Translations under genes and position numbers: made by a program
Part shown: in pieces, positions 1 to 10,268 of the stretch
Numbering within the stretch: position 1 is the first letter of the stretch
Layout: each line of letters begins with the position of its first letter
The notes under the pieces: model-generated
Told to the model about the DNA's origin: nothing
Seen by the model: only the letters and a program-made list of their open reading frames with translations
Databases searched by the model: none
Assembly: GCA_038143065.1 (NCBI GenBank)
Contig: JAYQLI010000035.1
Coordinates: 2,368,894-2,432,893 of the forward strand
Length of the DNA stretch: 64,000 nt
Source of the DNA: Rhodospirillales bacterium
Lineage (GTDB): Bacteria; Pseudomonadota; Alphaproteobacteria; Bin95
Direction: 5' to 3'

Positions 1-671
1 AGCTTGTGCAGGCGCAAAAGCCTTCCAAGAAGAGATTTGCCCTTTGCGTGACTGTCGAGTTGAAAAGAGAGGTGAACAGCTTGGTTTACTGCCTGAAAAA
101 TAATCTCGGCGGGTAGTTTTAATAGGGCTCCCAGGCCTGCAGCAATTGCGGGAGCTAGATGAGCTACGTGGTCTTTTTTGTAAGAATGTAAATCTATAGC
201 CTTAACGAGTGCGATGTGGATTTCATACGAAACCGCAATAGCCTGAGCGAGACTAGTCCCTGATTGCTCCGTTTGTTGAGCGACAGCCAGAAGTGGAGCT
301 ATGCAGTCGCTTGGGTGTGCAAAGTCGGCGGCGAGAAATGTATCGTTGAAATCCAATTCGCGAATAGCCACGCTATTTGCAAAGCCCGCCCATTCGCAAT
401 CTACTGTGATGGAGTTTGGTAAACCAAATAAAGGGGCTCCTCCACTGCGCTGATGAGCTAGCGCCATCGCTCTGGCAGATGCCACTGGTCCTCTATTTAT
501 TGCAGCGAGTGCAACAGCAAAACTATCTAAAAGGCGACACTGGATCATCTCCAGGGTCAACGATTCTGGTGGAAGAGCTGCTGTGCTGAAAGTGGCTATC
601 CTGCCAGCAAGCTGCTCACGCCAAGGCGGCGTTTCGGCAGATGACAGGCTACGAATGCTGTATCTTGGCAT
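1..671 (-). CDS. prpD: 2-methylcitrate dehydratase, MmgE/PrpD family (3' end runs off the window)
   Basis: Absent from the ORF track. Manual translation from ATG at 671 (overlaps the prpB stop) gives MPRYSIRSL...FANSVAIRELDFNDTFLAADFAHPSDC...STRQSRKGQISSWKAFAP, which has the PrpD DxxD/HPxD and RxGxxSxWK motifs. Confidence 0.88.
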   Translation of the reverse strand, partial: MPRYSIRSLSSAETPPWREQLAGRIATFSTAALPPESLTLEMIQCRLLDSFAVALAAINRGPVASARAMALAHQRSGGAPLFGLPNSITVDCEWAGFANSVAIRELDFNDTFLAADFAHPSDCIAPLLAVAQQTEQSGTSLAQAIAVSYEIHIALVKAIDLHSYKKDHVAHLAPAIAAGLGALLKLPAEIIFQAVNQAVHLSFQLDSHAKGKSLLGRLLRLHK

Positions 672-1603
672 CAGATGTTTCGAGGCCCGGCAGTACGAAT
701 ATCATCAGGTACTAAGGTCGCAGCCACACTATCGTCTAATTCCTCAAACGAGTGATATCCGATGGTGTCATACAGTTGGGCGCGAGTTTGCATCTCTTCA
801 AGCTTGTCAATGAGCGTTCCTTTTTCGGCTAATTCTGAATACATAGATTCCATAGCTTTTGCTGCAACGCGAAGGCTGGAAACAGGCCAAATTACCACCT
901 TGCATCCAAACTCCTGGAATTGTTGTGCTGTATAGTAGGGCGTCCGGCCAAATTCAGTCATGTTAGCCATAAAGGGGACGCCACATTCTGAAGAAAAACG
1001 ACGGAATTCTTCAGGCGTTTTTATTCCATCAGCAAATACTAAGTCTGCTCCAGCTTCGGCATATAATCGTGCTCGGGCTAAACCGGCCTCTAAACCTTCG
1101 GATTGCACAGCATCTGTCCGAGCAATGATTCGTAGATGACGGCGCGCCTTTCGAGCCGCTGCTACCTTGCGAGCCATTTCTTCCGGGCTTGCTAGTAACT
1201 TATCGTTGAGGTGGCCACATTTTTTGGGGAGGATTTGGTCTTCCATTTGTATTGCAGCGGCTCCTGCATCTTCGAGCTCCCTGATAGTTCGCATAACGTT
1301 GAGGACTTCTCCGTAACCGGTGTCTCCATCTACTATGAGAGGAAGCTGCGTAGCTCTATGTATTTGGCGCACCGTATCGCAAAGCTCGTTCAGCTGAATG
1401 ACGCCTAAATCAGGCAAAGCCATTGCTGCCGTAACTGCAGCTCCGGAGACATAAAGACAATCAAAACCAGCGGCCTTTGCTAGCAAGCCAGCCATGGCGT
1501 TGTGGGCTCCTGGAGCTTTAACAATTCCAGGGCGATCAAGAAGCGCTTGGAAGCGCTCTCCCATCGGTTTTGATTCCCAGTTTTCTGCGACAAGCCAGGT
1601 CAT
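671..1603 (-). CDS. prpB: 2-methylisocitrate lyase
   Basis: ICL/PEP mutase family motifs: SGAA, DGDTGYG, EDQILPKKCGH, ARTDA, ANMTEFGRTP. Adjacent to prpD. Confidence 0.93.
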   Translation of the reverse strand: MTWLVAENWESKPMGERFQALLDRPGIVKAPGAHNAMAGLLAKAAGFDCLYVSGAAVTAAMALPDLGVIQLNELCDTVRQIHRATQLPLIVDGDTGYGEVLNVMRTIRELEDAGAAAIQMEDQILPKKCGHLNDKLLASPEEMARKVAAARKARRHLRIIARTDAVQSEGLEAGLARARLYAEAGADLVFADGIKTPEEFRRFSSECGVPFMANMTEFGRTPYYTAQQFQEFGCKVVIWPVSSLRVAAKAMESMYSELAEKGTLIDKLEEMQTRAQLYDTIGYHSFEELDDSVAATLVPDDIRTAGPRNI

Positions 1604-1686
1604 GGTTGAAAACTCCAGCGCTTTAATAGATGACGGACGAACTATAAACTGCCATCAATCATATCTACACAACAGAGGTATGCTAG

Positions 1687-2865
1687 ATGCGGCAGAGACG
1701 GATACCAGCAGTTTTCATGAGAGGTGGCACTAGCAAGGCAATCGTATTTCATGAAAAAGACTTGCCAGATGATCGTGGAATGTGGCCGGAATTATTTGTT
1801 GCAGCCATAGGGGCTAACGATCCAAATGGGCGGCAATTGAATGGGATGGGCGGTGGCATCTCATCTTTATCTAAGGTTTGCGTAGTCGGACCACCGAGCA
1901 GGCCAGAAGCCGATATTGACTATACATTTTTCCAACTTGCACCAAAGGATGCCTCGGTAGATGTATCTGGCAACTGCGGAAATATGTCGAGTGCCATGGG
2001 TCCTTTCGCTTTAGATGAGGGCTTGGTGAACGGAAAAGGTGATCAGGCTGAAGTCAAAATTCACAATACTAATACAGGAAAAATTATCAGAGCTCGTTTC
2101 CAAATTGATGAAGAGAACGCAGCAGTAGATGGAGATTTTATCCTGCCAGGTGTTGCAGGAAGTGGCTCACCTGTTTCCTTGGATTTTTTAGCTCCTGGGG
2201 GGGCTAAAACTGGTAAATTGCTACCCACAGGAAGCCCTAGCAATATTCTGCAGGTTGAGAGCGTTGGCAAAATCGAAGCCAGTATGGTCGATGCTGCCAA
2301 TCCTTGCGTGTTTGTTCGTTCAGAAGACCTGGGCGTGATTGGTACGGAGACGCCAGAGATATTAGAAGCGGACGCTGGTTTCCTTGAACGTATGGAGGCA
2401 GTGCGACGAACAGCAAGCGTGGCTATGGGTATCGCATCTGACCTGAGCCAAGCTGCAAAAATCCCAAGCATACCCAAAGTTTGTGTTGTCTCCGAGACGC
2501 AAGACCAAAATCTTTTGACTGGCGAGAAGATGAGTGGCGACCAAGCGGATATAATAGCCAGAATGATTTCCGTTGGTCAGCCCCACAGAGCCATTCCTCT
2601 TACCGGAGCACTTTGCCTAGCGGCGGCTACCCAACTCAATGGATCGATTCCACATGGTTTGTGCAGGCCAGGCCGCACACAAGTTAGAATTGGTCAACCT
2701 TCAGGCTTGACCGTAGTTGAAGCAAAAATGAGCGTGGTTGATGGCAACCTTTTTGCTGACAGCGCAAGCGTAGTAAGAACCCAAAGGCGTTTGTTCTCTG
2801 GTTATGTCTATGTCCCTGCTAAATTGACCCCCAGCCTTGATCAAATGATGTTTGCCGCGGAGTAA
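1687..2865 (+). CDS. prpF: PrpF-family isomerase (2-methylaconitate cis-trans isomerase / AcnD-accessory family)
   Basis: MRGGTSK, SSLSKV, GNCGNMSS and HRAIPLTG motifs. Confidence 0.85.
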   Translation: MRQRRIPAVFMRGGTSKAIVFHEKDLPDDRGMWPELFVAAIGANDPNGRQLNGMGGGISSLSKVCVVGPPSRPEADIDYTFFQLAPKDASVDVSGNCGNMSSAMGPFALDEGLVNGKGDQAEVKIHNTNTGKIIRARFQIDEENAAVDGDFILPGVAGSGSPVSLDFLAPGGAKTGKLLPTGSPSNILQVESVGKIEASMVDAANPCVFVRSEDLGVIGTETPEILEADAGFLERMEAVRRTASVAMGIASDLSQAAKIPSIPKVCVVSETQDQNLLTGEKMSGDQADIIARMISVGQPHRAIPLTGALCLAAATQLNGSIPHGLCRPGRTQVRIGQPSGLTVVEAKMSVVDGNLFADSASVVRTQRRLFSGYVYVPAKLTPSLDQMMFAAE

Positions 2866-2868
2866 CCA

Positions 2869-4225
2869 ATGAACAAATTGCATTCCCCAACTGCCATCAT
2901 TGCCCAGTTTATTGCGGGCTTCAAAAATAGTGATCTGCCGATAACAACACGAAAGTCCATACGTCTAGCAATTCTAGATACCTTGGTTGCGGGTAGGTAT
3001 GGAATGCCAGAGCCATGGACGCGGATGGTACGCAGTTATGCGGAGGAACACCAGCCAGCTTCGGTTGAGGGCCTTGCGCGTTTTTGGGGAGATGTGAAGG
3101 CTAAAGTTCGACCTGCGGATGCTGCGCTTGTGAATGGTGTTGCCGCCCATGCATTTGAGTTAGATGATTTTGCAGCAAAATTACACCCTGGTGCTGTGGT
3201 TCTCCCCGCGGCGCTAGCAGTTGCTGAAGCACGTGGCTCCTCCCTAGAGGATTTGGAGACTGCAACAGCACTAGGCTATGAAATAATGATCCGAATTAGT
3301 CTAGCGCTTGACCCCAATATGGCCCGACTAAGGGGGTGGCATTTAACCGGAGTTGTAGGCCCATTTGGGTCAGCCATAGCATGTGCAAAACTCATGGGTC
3401 TAAATGAAGAGCAGACACTGTGGGCATTGGGTCTTGCGGGCACTCAGGGAGCCGGTCTTTTCGCTTTTAATGCGGATGGAGCGATGTCAAAACGATTGCA
3501 CCCTGGAAAGGCAGCGCAATCTGGTGTTCTCGCCGCCGAGCTTGCTATCCGTGGCTTCACAGGTCCTTCAACAGTATTGGAGGTGGAAGATGGTGGTTTC
3601 TTGCGGGCATTTTCTGACCATTGGTCAGTAAATCCAATATTGGACGAGCTTGGGTCTCGATGGCGATCTGAGGAGGTTAATTTTAAACCCTATGCGTGTT
3701 GCGGTAGTGTTCATGCTTATGTAGATGCGGCAAAGCAAATTCGAGCAGAGCTGGGTGGTGCCCCCAAGCAGACATGTTAGTGCGGGCCGGCGTTGCTAAG
3801 GTTGTCGATGTGCAGTGTGGTTATGACTATATCCCAGGTACCGTCTTAAATTCACAAATGAGCTTACGGTATTGTTTGGCAGTTGCGCTCCTTGACGGAG
3901 AGGCTCTACCAGCTCAATTCCGAGAGGAACGTCTGGCTGATCCAGCTATAATAGATCTCGCTGGACGTATAGAACTTGTACCTGATGCTGAGCTTGACGG
4001 CTTGTACCCAACTCACTACGCCGGCTGGGCTGAAGTAGGGAATGTGAGAAGCTTCATAAAAGATCCTGCTGGATCAATAGCAAATCCAAACCGGGAAACT
4101 GCGCTTCGCGAAAAAGCTCATTCTCTTTTTAAGGATCTGGATACAAAAGTCAGGCATCTGAGCTTGAGGCTATCGTCGATTTAGGTGGTGGCTCCGCCAA
4201 TGCACTCCTGGAAGCAATTATTTGA
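2869..4225 (+). CDS. Second MmgE/PrpD-family protein (two apparent frameshifts, near 3770 and 4148)
   Basis: NGVAAHAFELDD, HPGAVV, SKRLHPG and FKPYACC in ORF 2869-3780. It continues in ORF 3774-4184. A further one-base correction extends it to TGA 4223-4225, which overlaps the next start (TTGA). Confidence 0.82.
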
Positions 4226-4952
4226 ACGGGATTTTTAAAGATAAGAATTCGGCCAGAAACTATGTCTGGCAGCGTTTAGAGACTGAATTCTTCGCATTGG
4301 AGCCCTTTCCGGTCTGGAATAGAATTCCCAATTTTAAGGGTGCTGAAGCAGCGGCAAGAAAGCTTTTTAACCTTGAGCCTTGGTCGTCTGCTAGCTCGTT
4401 AAAGATAGGTCCAGACTCAGCTCTTACTTATGTTAGAGTTGAAGCCCTTAGACGGGGAATTAAGGTGTACGTGCCAACACCAAGGCTTGCAGGAGCCTTC
4501 ATGTTGCTTGATCCGGAAAAAATTGTGACGGAGCAAATTGTGCATGCTAGTGCTCGAGAGAACTTCGCTGAATATTCCAAAGCTGTTGGGCTATCTGATC
4601 TCCCGCATTTTGACGGCATCGTGGCAGGTTCTGTCGCAGTAACAAAAGACGGGTGCAGAGCTGGAAAAGGTGCTGGGTACAGTGATTTAGAATTTGCCTT
4701 GCTTAGGGAGCTTGGTCATTCCCCTGTTCCCGTGGCTACAATTGTCCATGAGGCACAAATTGTTGAAGGGTTCCTGTTGAGACCACAGATCAGCGCCTGC
4801 ACTCTATTGCAACGCCAAGTTCAGTTTGGCTCACAGGGATAGACCTGAAGGATGCACCTTCTCAAATTGATTGGTCGCTTATCGGTCGCGATATCATAGC
4901 TTCTATGCCACCGTTGCAAGAAATTTATGAGCGCGCAAAAAAAAATAAGTGA
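4222..4952 (+). CDS. 5-formyltetrahydrofolate cyclo-ligase-like protein, MTHFSD-type (frameshift near 4772)
   Basis: RIPNFKGAEAAA, VYVPTPRL, GSVAV..DG.RAGKGAGYSDLEF and TIVHEAQI. The corrected frame continues PVETTDQRLHSIATP...IDWSL...MPPLQE to TGA at 4952. Confidence 0.78.
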
Positions 4953-5090
4953 AAATATGCCTTCTGGACCAGTTAGTGACTGTTACCACTTTTACAAATC
5001 CATGCCGGTAAATTTTTAATTTTTAGTTGCCCCCTATGATAGTGGGGTGAATTGATAAGGGGATATCCAGATGTCGGTAATAGCTCTTTT

Positions 5091-5504
5091 TTATTCGTTT
5101 GGTCCTTCTACAAGTTTTGTCGCAAAGTTTGCAGGTGAAACGATCTCAAGCACTTCGTAGTCATCAGAAATAGCAACTTCACGATGCTTAATCATTGGCT
5201 TTTGCAGGATGACGTCTCCAGCTTCTAGTCGACGCACACCTTCATTTTCAAATTCAAATTCGGCCCAACCTCTAATAACGTAGACCAGTTGAAAGTCACA
5301 TTCATGAATGTGCCATTCTTGCACTTCATCGCTCATTTTCTTGCCATTGCATTTAATTACATGAGCAATGAAGTCGCCCTTTGTTCCTTCTTTTACTCCA
5401 ACATCCCTATAGTCGAATATTTCCCGAAGTCCTTTTGTCCATTGGGCGTCTTTTGCTTTGGACAAAACAAAATCCCAATGATTAGTGTCTTTTATTTCAG
5501 TCAA
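5091..5504 (-). CDS. Cupin domain protein
   Basis: Cupin motifs WHIHECDFQLVYVIRGW and GDVILQKPMIKH. Confidence 0.8.
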   Translation of the reverse strand: MTEIKDTNHWDFVLSKAKDAQWTKGLREIFDYRDVGVKEGTKGDFIAHVIKCNGKKMSDEVQEWHIHECDFQLVYVIRGWAEFEFENEGVRRLEAGDVILQKPMIKHREVAISDDYEVLEIVSPANFATKLVEGPNE

Positions 5505-5576
5505 TCTTCAACTCCTTTAAAAACCTGGCGAAAGTGCAGATGAATTATCAAAAGAACATCTAAAAAGAATTATTGA

Positions 5577-8038
5577 TCATAAATCCATCATGCCTTGATT
5601 GTCATGATACATTGCTTCAGCAATTAGGATTTCAGCCATTTTTGCTTCCGCGTCTGCGAGGAGCGTGTCTTCTACGTCACCATAAACACTCTCCTTACCA
5701 ACCTCGAGTAAAACTGGAACGGCCAAAGGAGATACTCGATCCAAACGACGATGGATAATTCTATCCTTTGCTCTAGCCAACATATCGCTAAGCCGCCGTA
5801 TATCGGTAAGCCCCCTTGCAGCGTCGCGACGTGTGGCGCGCAGAAGAATGTGGTTTGGCTCATAACGGCGAAGCACATCGTATATGAGATCGGAGTTTAC
5901 TGTTATCTGTCTGCCGTTTTTCTCTTGCCCTGGGTGACGCTTTTCAATAAGGCCGGCAATCACAGCCACTTGGCGAAATGTGCGCTTAAGAAGGCTTGAC
6001 TCTGCCATCCATTCTTCCAGCTCATCACCTAGGATGTCTTCGTCAAAAAGATGGTCTAGCTTGGTAGGCTCGCGCAAACTCCATACTGCAATAACGTAGT
6101 CTGTTGCGCAGAAACCGAGAGGTCCAAGACCTAATCGCGCCATTCGCCGCGTCAACAACATTCCGAGTGTTTGGTGGGCATTTCTTCCTTCGAAGCAGTA
6201 AGCAACTAAGTAGTAACGACCTCCTCTGGGGAAAGTCTCGACAAGCAGCCCATCTTGTCCGGGGAGCTGGGACCGCCAACGTTGCATTTTTAGCCAATCT
6301 GTTACGTCTTTAGGAAAGTCTTTCCATTGGCATGGATCTGAGAGAATTTTGCGCACTCTTTGGCAAGATCTGTTGTTAGCGGAAGTCTTCCCCCAGCAAA
6401 TGCTGGAACCTTTGGTTCCCCCTTACCTCCTAACTTCGCCATCAGTGTAGTTTCTCGGATACCAATAAATTCCAGAAGTCGTCCTGAGAAAACAAATGTG
6501 TCTCCTGGTTCGAGCCCATTGGCAAAGTATTCTTCAACCTCGCCAATCTGACGCCCGTTGACTCTTACCTTTAGCAATGGCGCCTCGACGATTACACCTA
6601 CGTTCATTCGCCACTGCCGTGCAATTCGTTGTTCGGTGACCCGCCAAAGTCCATCGGTGCCTTGGGATAATCGATGGTAACGCTCATATGCACTCAATGC
6701 ATAACCACCGGTTGCAGCAAAGTGGAGTACAGAATCAAAGTCCTCTCGTGAGAGTTCCGCATAAGGCATTGCTTTTTTGACTTCGCGATACACCGCTTCT
6801 GCATCAATAGGGGATGAGCACGCTATGCCGACAAGATGCTGTGCTAGTACATCAAGCCCTCCCGGAATCGGGACGTTACCATCAAGCTCACCATCCTCTG
6901 CTGCCTGAATGGCCGCTTTGCATTCTAGTAATTCAAACCTATTCGCTGGGCAAAGTACGGCTCGACTAGCTTCATCAAGCTGATGGTTGGATCTTCCTAT
7001 TCTTTGCAAGAGACGAGCTACACCCTTTGGTGCCCCTACTTGTACGACTAGGTCGACGTCACCCCAATCTATGCCCAAATCTAGGGAGGATGTAGCTATT
7101 ACCGCGCGCAGCTTGCCCATAGCCATTGCCGCTTCGACTTTTCGGCGTTGCTCTACGTTAAGGCTACCGTGGTGAAGGCCAATTGCTAGATTCTCATCAT
7201 TAAGCTGCCATATTGCTTGAAAGCAGAGCTCAGCTTGAGCGCGCGTATTCACAAAAACGATCGCAGAGCGTGCGGTTTTAATTAGAGAGTAAACCTCGGG
7301 CATTATATGTAGAGCCATGTGTCCGGACCAAGGTGTTCTTGCTTTAGACTCAGCAATATTGACTGAGGGGACTGCTCCAGTTGCTCCTTGAATTATCAAA
7401 ATATCTTCCTCTTCACTGGCAGTTTTTGAGAGCCAACGAGCAAGATCCTTTGGATATTTAATAGTTGCTGACAGACCAACGCGGCGATGGTTAGGCGAGA
7501 GGGTGTTCAGCCGCGATAGGCTAAGGGCAAGCATTTCCCCCCGTTTGTTGTCGGTCAGTGCGTGAAGTTCATCAATTATTACTGTCTTTAATGTTTGAAA
7601 TATTTTATCTGCGTCAGCATAGGAAAGCAGTAACGCAAGTGACTCAGGTGTAGTAAGCAGAATATGCGGGGTGTTTCGTCTTTGGCGCTGGCGTTTGGTT
7701 TGTGGAGTATCGCCTGTTCGAGTCTCTATAGAAATTCCTAGTTCCATTTCTGCTGCAGGTATTTCTAAATTTCGAGCGACGTCTACCGATAATGCTTTTA
7801 ATGGCGAGATATAAAGAGTGTGAAGGCCTGAAAACGGAACTGTATCGTGGTTCGCCAATTCAATTAAGCTCGGCAGGAAGCCTGCCAATGTTTTGCCGCC
7901 ACCTGTTGGGGCAATCAGAAGGGTGGAATTTCCAGATGCAGCCGCTGCAACCAGGGCTAGTTGGTGAGCATGCGGTTTCCAATGACGCTTTTTAAACCAA
8001 GCATCAAATTTTATAGGCAGAGATGGCGAGTCACTCAT
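5577..8038 (-). CDS. lhr: Lhr-like ligase-associated DNA damage response DEXH-box helicase (frameshift near 6360)
   Basis: APTGGGKT, YISPLKAL, TTPESL, IDELH, HHGSL, TSSLDLGIDWG and QRIGRSNH. The C-terminal part (ORF 5577-6356) joins with a single added base. Confidence 0.9.
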
Positions 8039-8094
8039 GTGGTACAATATAGAAGTCCTGTATAGCAGATCGACTGCTTCTTTTGGAAATTGAA

Positions 8095-9380
8095 ATGACC
8101 GAACCTCTCCGTGCCGCTCTATTCATTGATTTTGACAATGTTTACTTGTCCCTAAAGCAGATTGATGCTCGTGCAGCCAATACATTTGCCCAACGCCCGG
8201 CAATGTGGCTGGATTGGCTCGAGGCTGGACGCCATGATACAGGTGAAAGGAAACTTCCTCGCCGAGTGCTAGTCAGAAATTGTTATCTAAATCCAGCTGC
8301 ATTTCACCAGCAGCGCGCCTTTTTTACTCGTGCTGCGTTTAATGTCATAGACTGCCCCTCCTTGACTGCTCGTGGGAAGAATAGCGCTGATATTGTAATG
8401 GCCATGGACATTCTAGATGGCATTCAGCATTCAACTCGCTTCGATGAATTTATTATCCTGTCGTCAGATGCAGATTTTACCCCGGTTCTTCTCCGCTTGC
8501 GCGAGAACGACCGACTCACTGCAGTATTAACATCTGCTGTCACCGCGGCTGCTTTTAGAGAGGCCTGCGATACATCAATAGATTTAGAGACTTTTGCGGT
8601 GGAGGCACTTGGTTTAGATGCCGATGACTACCGTCGTCGCCAACCCACACAGGAGGGCAATCATCGCCCTCAAGCTGCAAGCTATGCAAATGATATCGAC
8701 GAGGCTGCGCGTCGTCTGATGGAGGAGACACGCCGGAATACTGAGATACCATCTCAGGAAATTTTCAAAGTTTTTACGAAGATGCAGCGTTTTCAAGGAA
8801 GCTACTGGTTTGGCATGGGCAGTTTAAAAGCTCTTTTAGATAAAATAATTGAGAAACAACCGGATCTTATCATCGAAATGGATGGTTCATTACCCGCCTT
8901 GGTTCGTTTGCGTGGTGATGCAGATCCAAAATCAACTTATATTTCTCAGCTACCGCCTTCGCGTAACCCAGCTAATCATAATCCTAATGAGCAGGAGTTT
9001 CGGGGGATGGAACTCCTGAACCACGCTTTGTGGATGATGTTTATATGCTAATAGGAGCCCCTCGACTTTCTGGCACTCGCTATCGACGGTTGTTTGAAGT
9101 TCTATCTCAGGCCTCAGCTGATGAACTGCTGCTTGCAGCTGCGGCTCCATTACCGAAGGGGGCTGGCGTTTCTCGACGAGATGCTAGTTTTGTTATTTCC
9201 AGCCTTTCGGATTCGGGTGAAAATCCTTTGGATGGTGATGAATATGATCTTGCAGAACGGTTCCTCAGATCGATTGAGCAGGCCCTAATTAATGCTGGCC
9301 ACCCACCTTCGGAGAGCGACAAAGCAATTTTAGAAAACTGGATACTGGGCCCAGAAGATGAGGACGACGTGGTGGAATGA
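8095..9380 (+). CDS. NYN (LabA/DUF88, PIN-fold) domain protein with C-terminal extension (frameshift near 9000)
   Basis: FIDFDN, GKNSADIVMAMD and SSDADFTPVL. ORF 9030-9380 is the shifted continuation. Confidence 0.82.
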
Positions 9381-9613
9381 TAGCTTTTGACGCTGAACTA
9401 GATGCTACAGGCCTGAAATGCCCTATGCCGGTGCTTCGTGCTAAGCGAGCACTCAGACCATTGTCAAATGGTCAGGTTTTAAGACTTTTGGCAGACGACC
9501 CGGCTTCTAAAAATGATGTTCCTGCCTTTTGTCATACTATTGGTGCTGAGCTCTTAGAGACTTCTTTTTCAGAAGGTGCCTACGAATTTTTGATACGCAA
9601 GGGATCTATCTAG
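9377..9613 (+). CDS. tusA: TusA/SirA-family sulfur carrier
   Basis: LDATGLKCPMP and DDP motifs, 78 aa. Confidence 0.9.
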   Translation: MIAFDAELDATGLKCPMPVLRAKRALRPLSNGQVLRLLADDPASKNDVPAFCHTIGAELLETSFSEGAYEFLIRKGSI

Positions 9614-10268
9614 GAAGTCTTAAAAGCCCAAGGTGGTAGTGCCCAGTCTCAACTTCACCACCGCCAAGAGAGCCAATAAGGTCTGCAATCCCAATTGCCG
9701 ACTTTTGGGCGGTCTCATATGAGCCGGTTTCAACTAAAAGGCCCCAAACTGGAGGATTTTCCTCCATTTTTCTTAGCTGGGCCTCTGTTGTCCCTTTAGC
9801 AGAGTCGATGCTTGTTGGATGCCATGATTGGGCGGAAACTGCTTTGCCTTCGTCCACTAGAGAATGAGGCGCATTTTCGAGCCATGAAGTAAGCGCCTTA
9901 TTCGCTACTGAATTTGGTCTGAAACGATGCGTAGTACACCAGCCACCTATGCCAGTTCCTGCCTTTGAAATTTGCCTTGCTGTTACGCGTGTTACATTGC
10001 GAAAACAGGGCATAATCCGACGGGTCCATTCTGTGGGATTAGCCTGACGTTCCCCATATTCTGCAGAGCCAAGCACTTCAGGGCTATCTGTCTCGTACCA
10101 AGCTAAATATTTAGGCTTTCCATCCACAACTTGATATCGACGGCCGTTTAAAAAGCCGCGAACTCCTACGCGCTCCTCCACGTGCTGCTGCTCGTACCAG
10201 TTGTTAAAATCAATCTCAGCCTCTGGGGTAATATCCGTCCAGATTATAAGAAGGCCGTTTGACATCAT
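9606..10268 (-). CDS. Hypothetical EthD/DUF4286-like dimeric alpha-beta barrel protein
   Basis: DFNNWYEQQHVEERVGVRGF..GRRY and KYLAWYE pattern. ATGA overlap with the gcvPB stop. Confidence 0.6.
   Translation of the reverse strand: MMSNGLLIIWTDITPEAEIDFNNWYEQQHVEERVGVRGFLNGRRYQVVDGKPKYLAWYETDSPEVLGSAEYGERQANPTEWTRRIMPCFRNVTRVTARQISKAGTGIGGWCTTHRFRPNSVANKALTSWLENAPHSLVDEGKAVSAQSWHPTSIDSAKGTTEAQLRKMEENPPVWGLLVETGSYETAQKSAIGIADLIGSLGGGEVETGHYHLGLLRLPR

Noticed and set aside
8039-8094. LexA/SOS box upstream of lhr (also checked upstream of mmcB and recG)
   Set aside because: No GTTC-N7-GTTC or GAAC-N7-GAAC match was found, and CTG-TATAG-CAG has the wrong spacing for the E. coli-type box.
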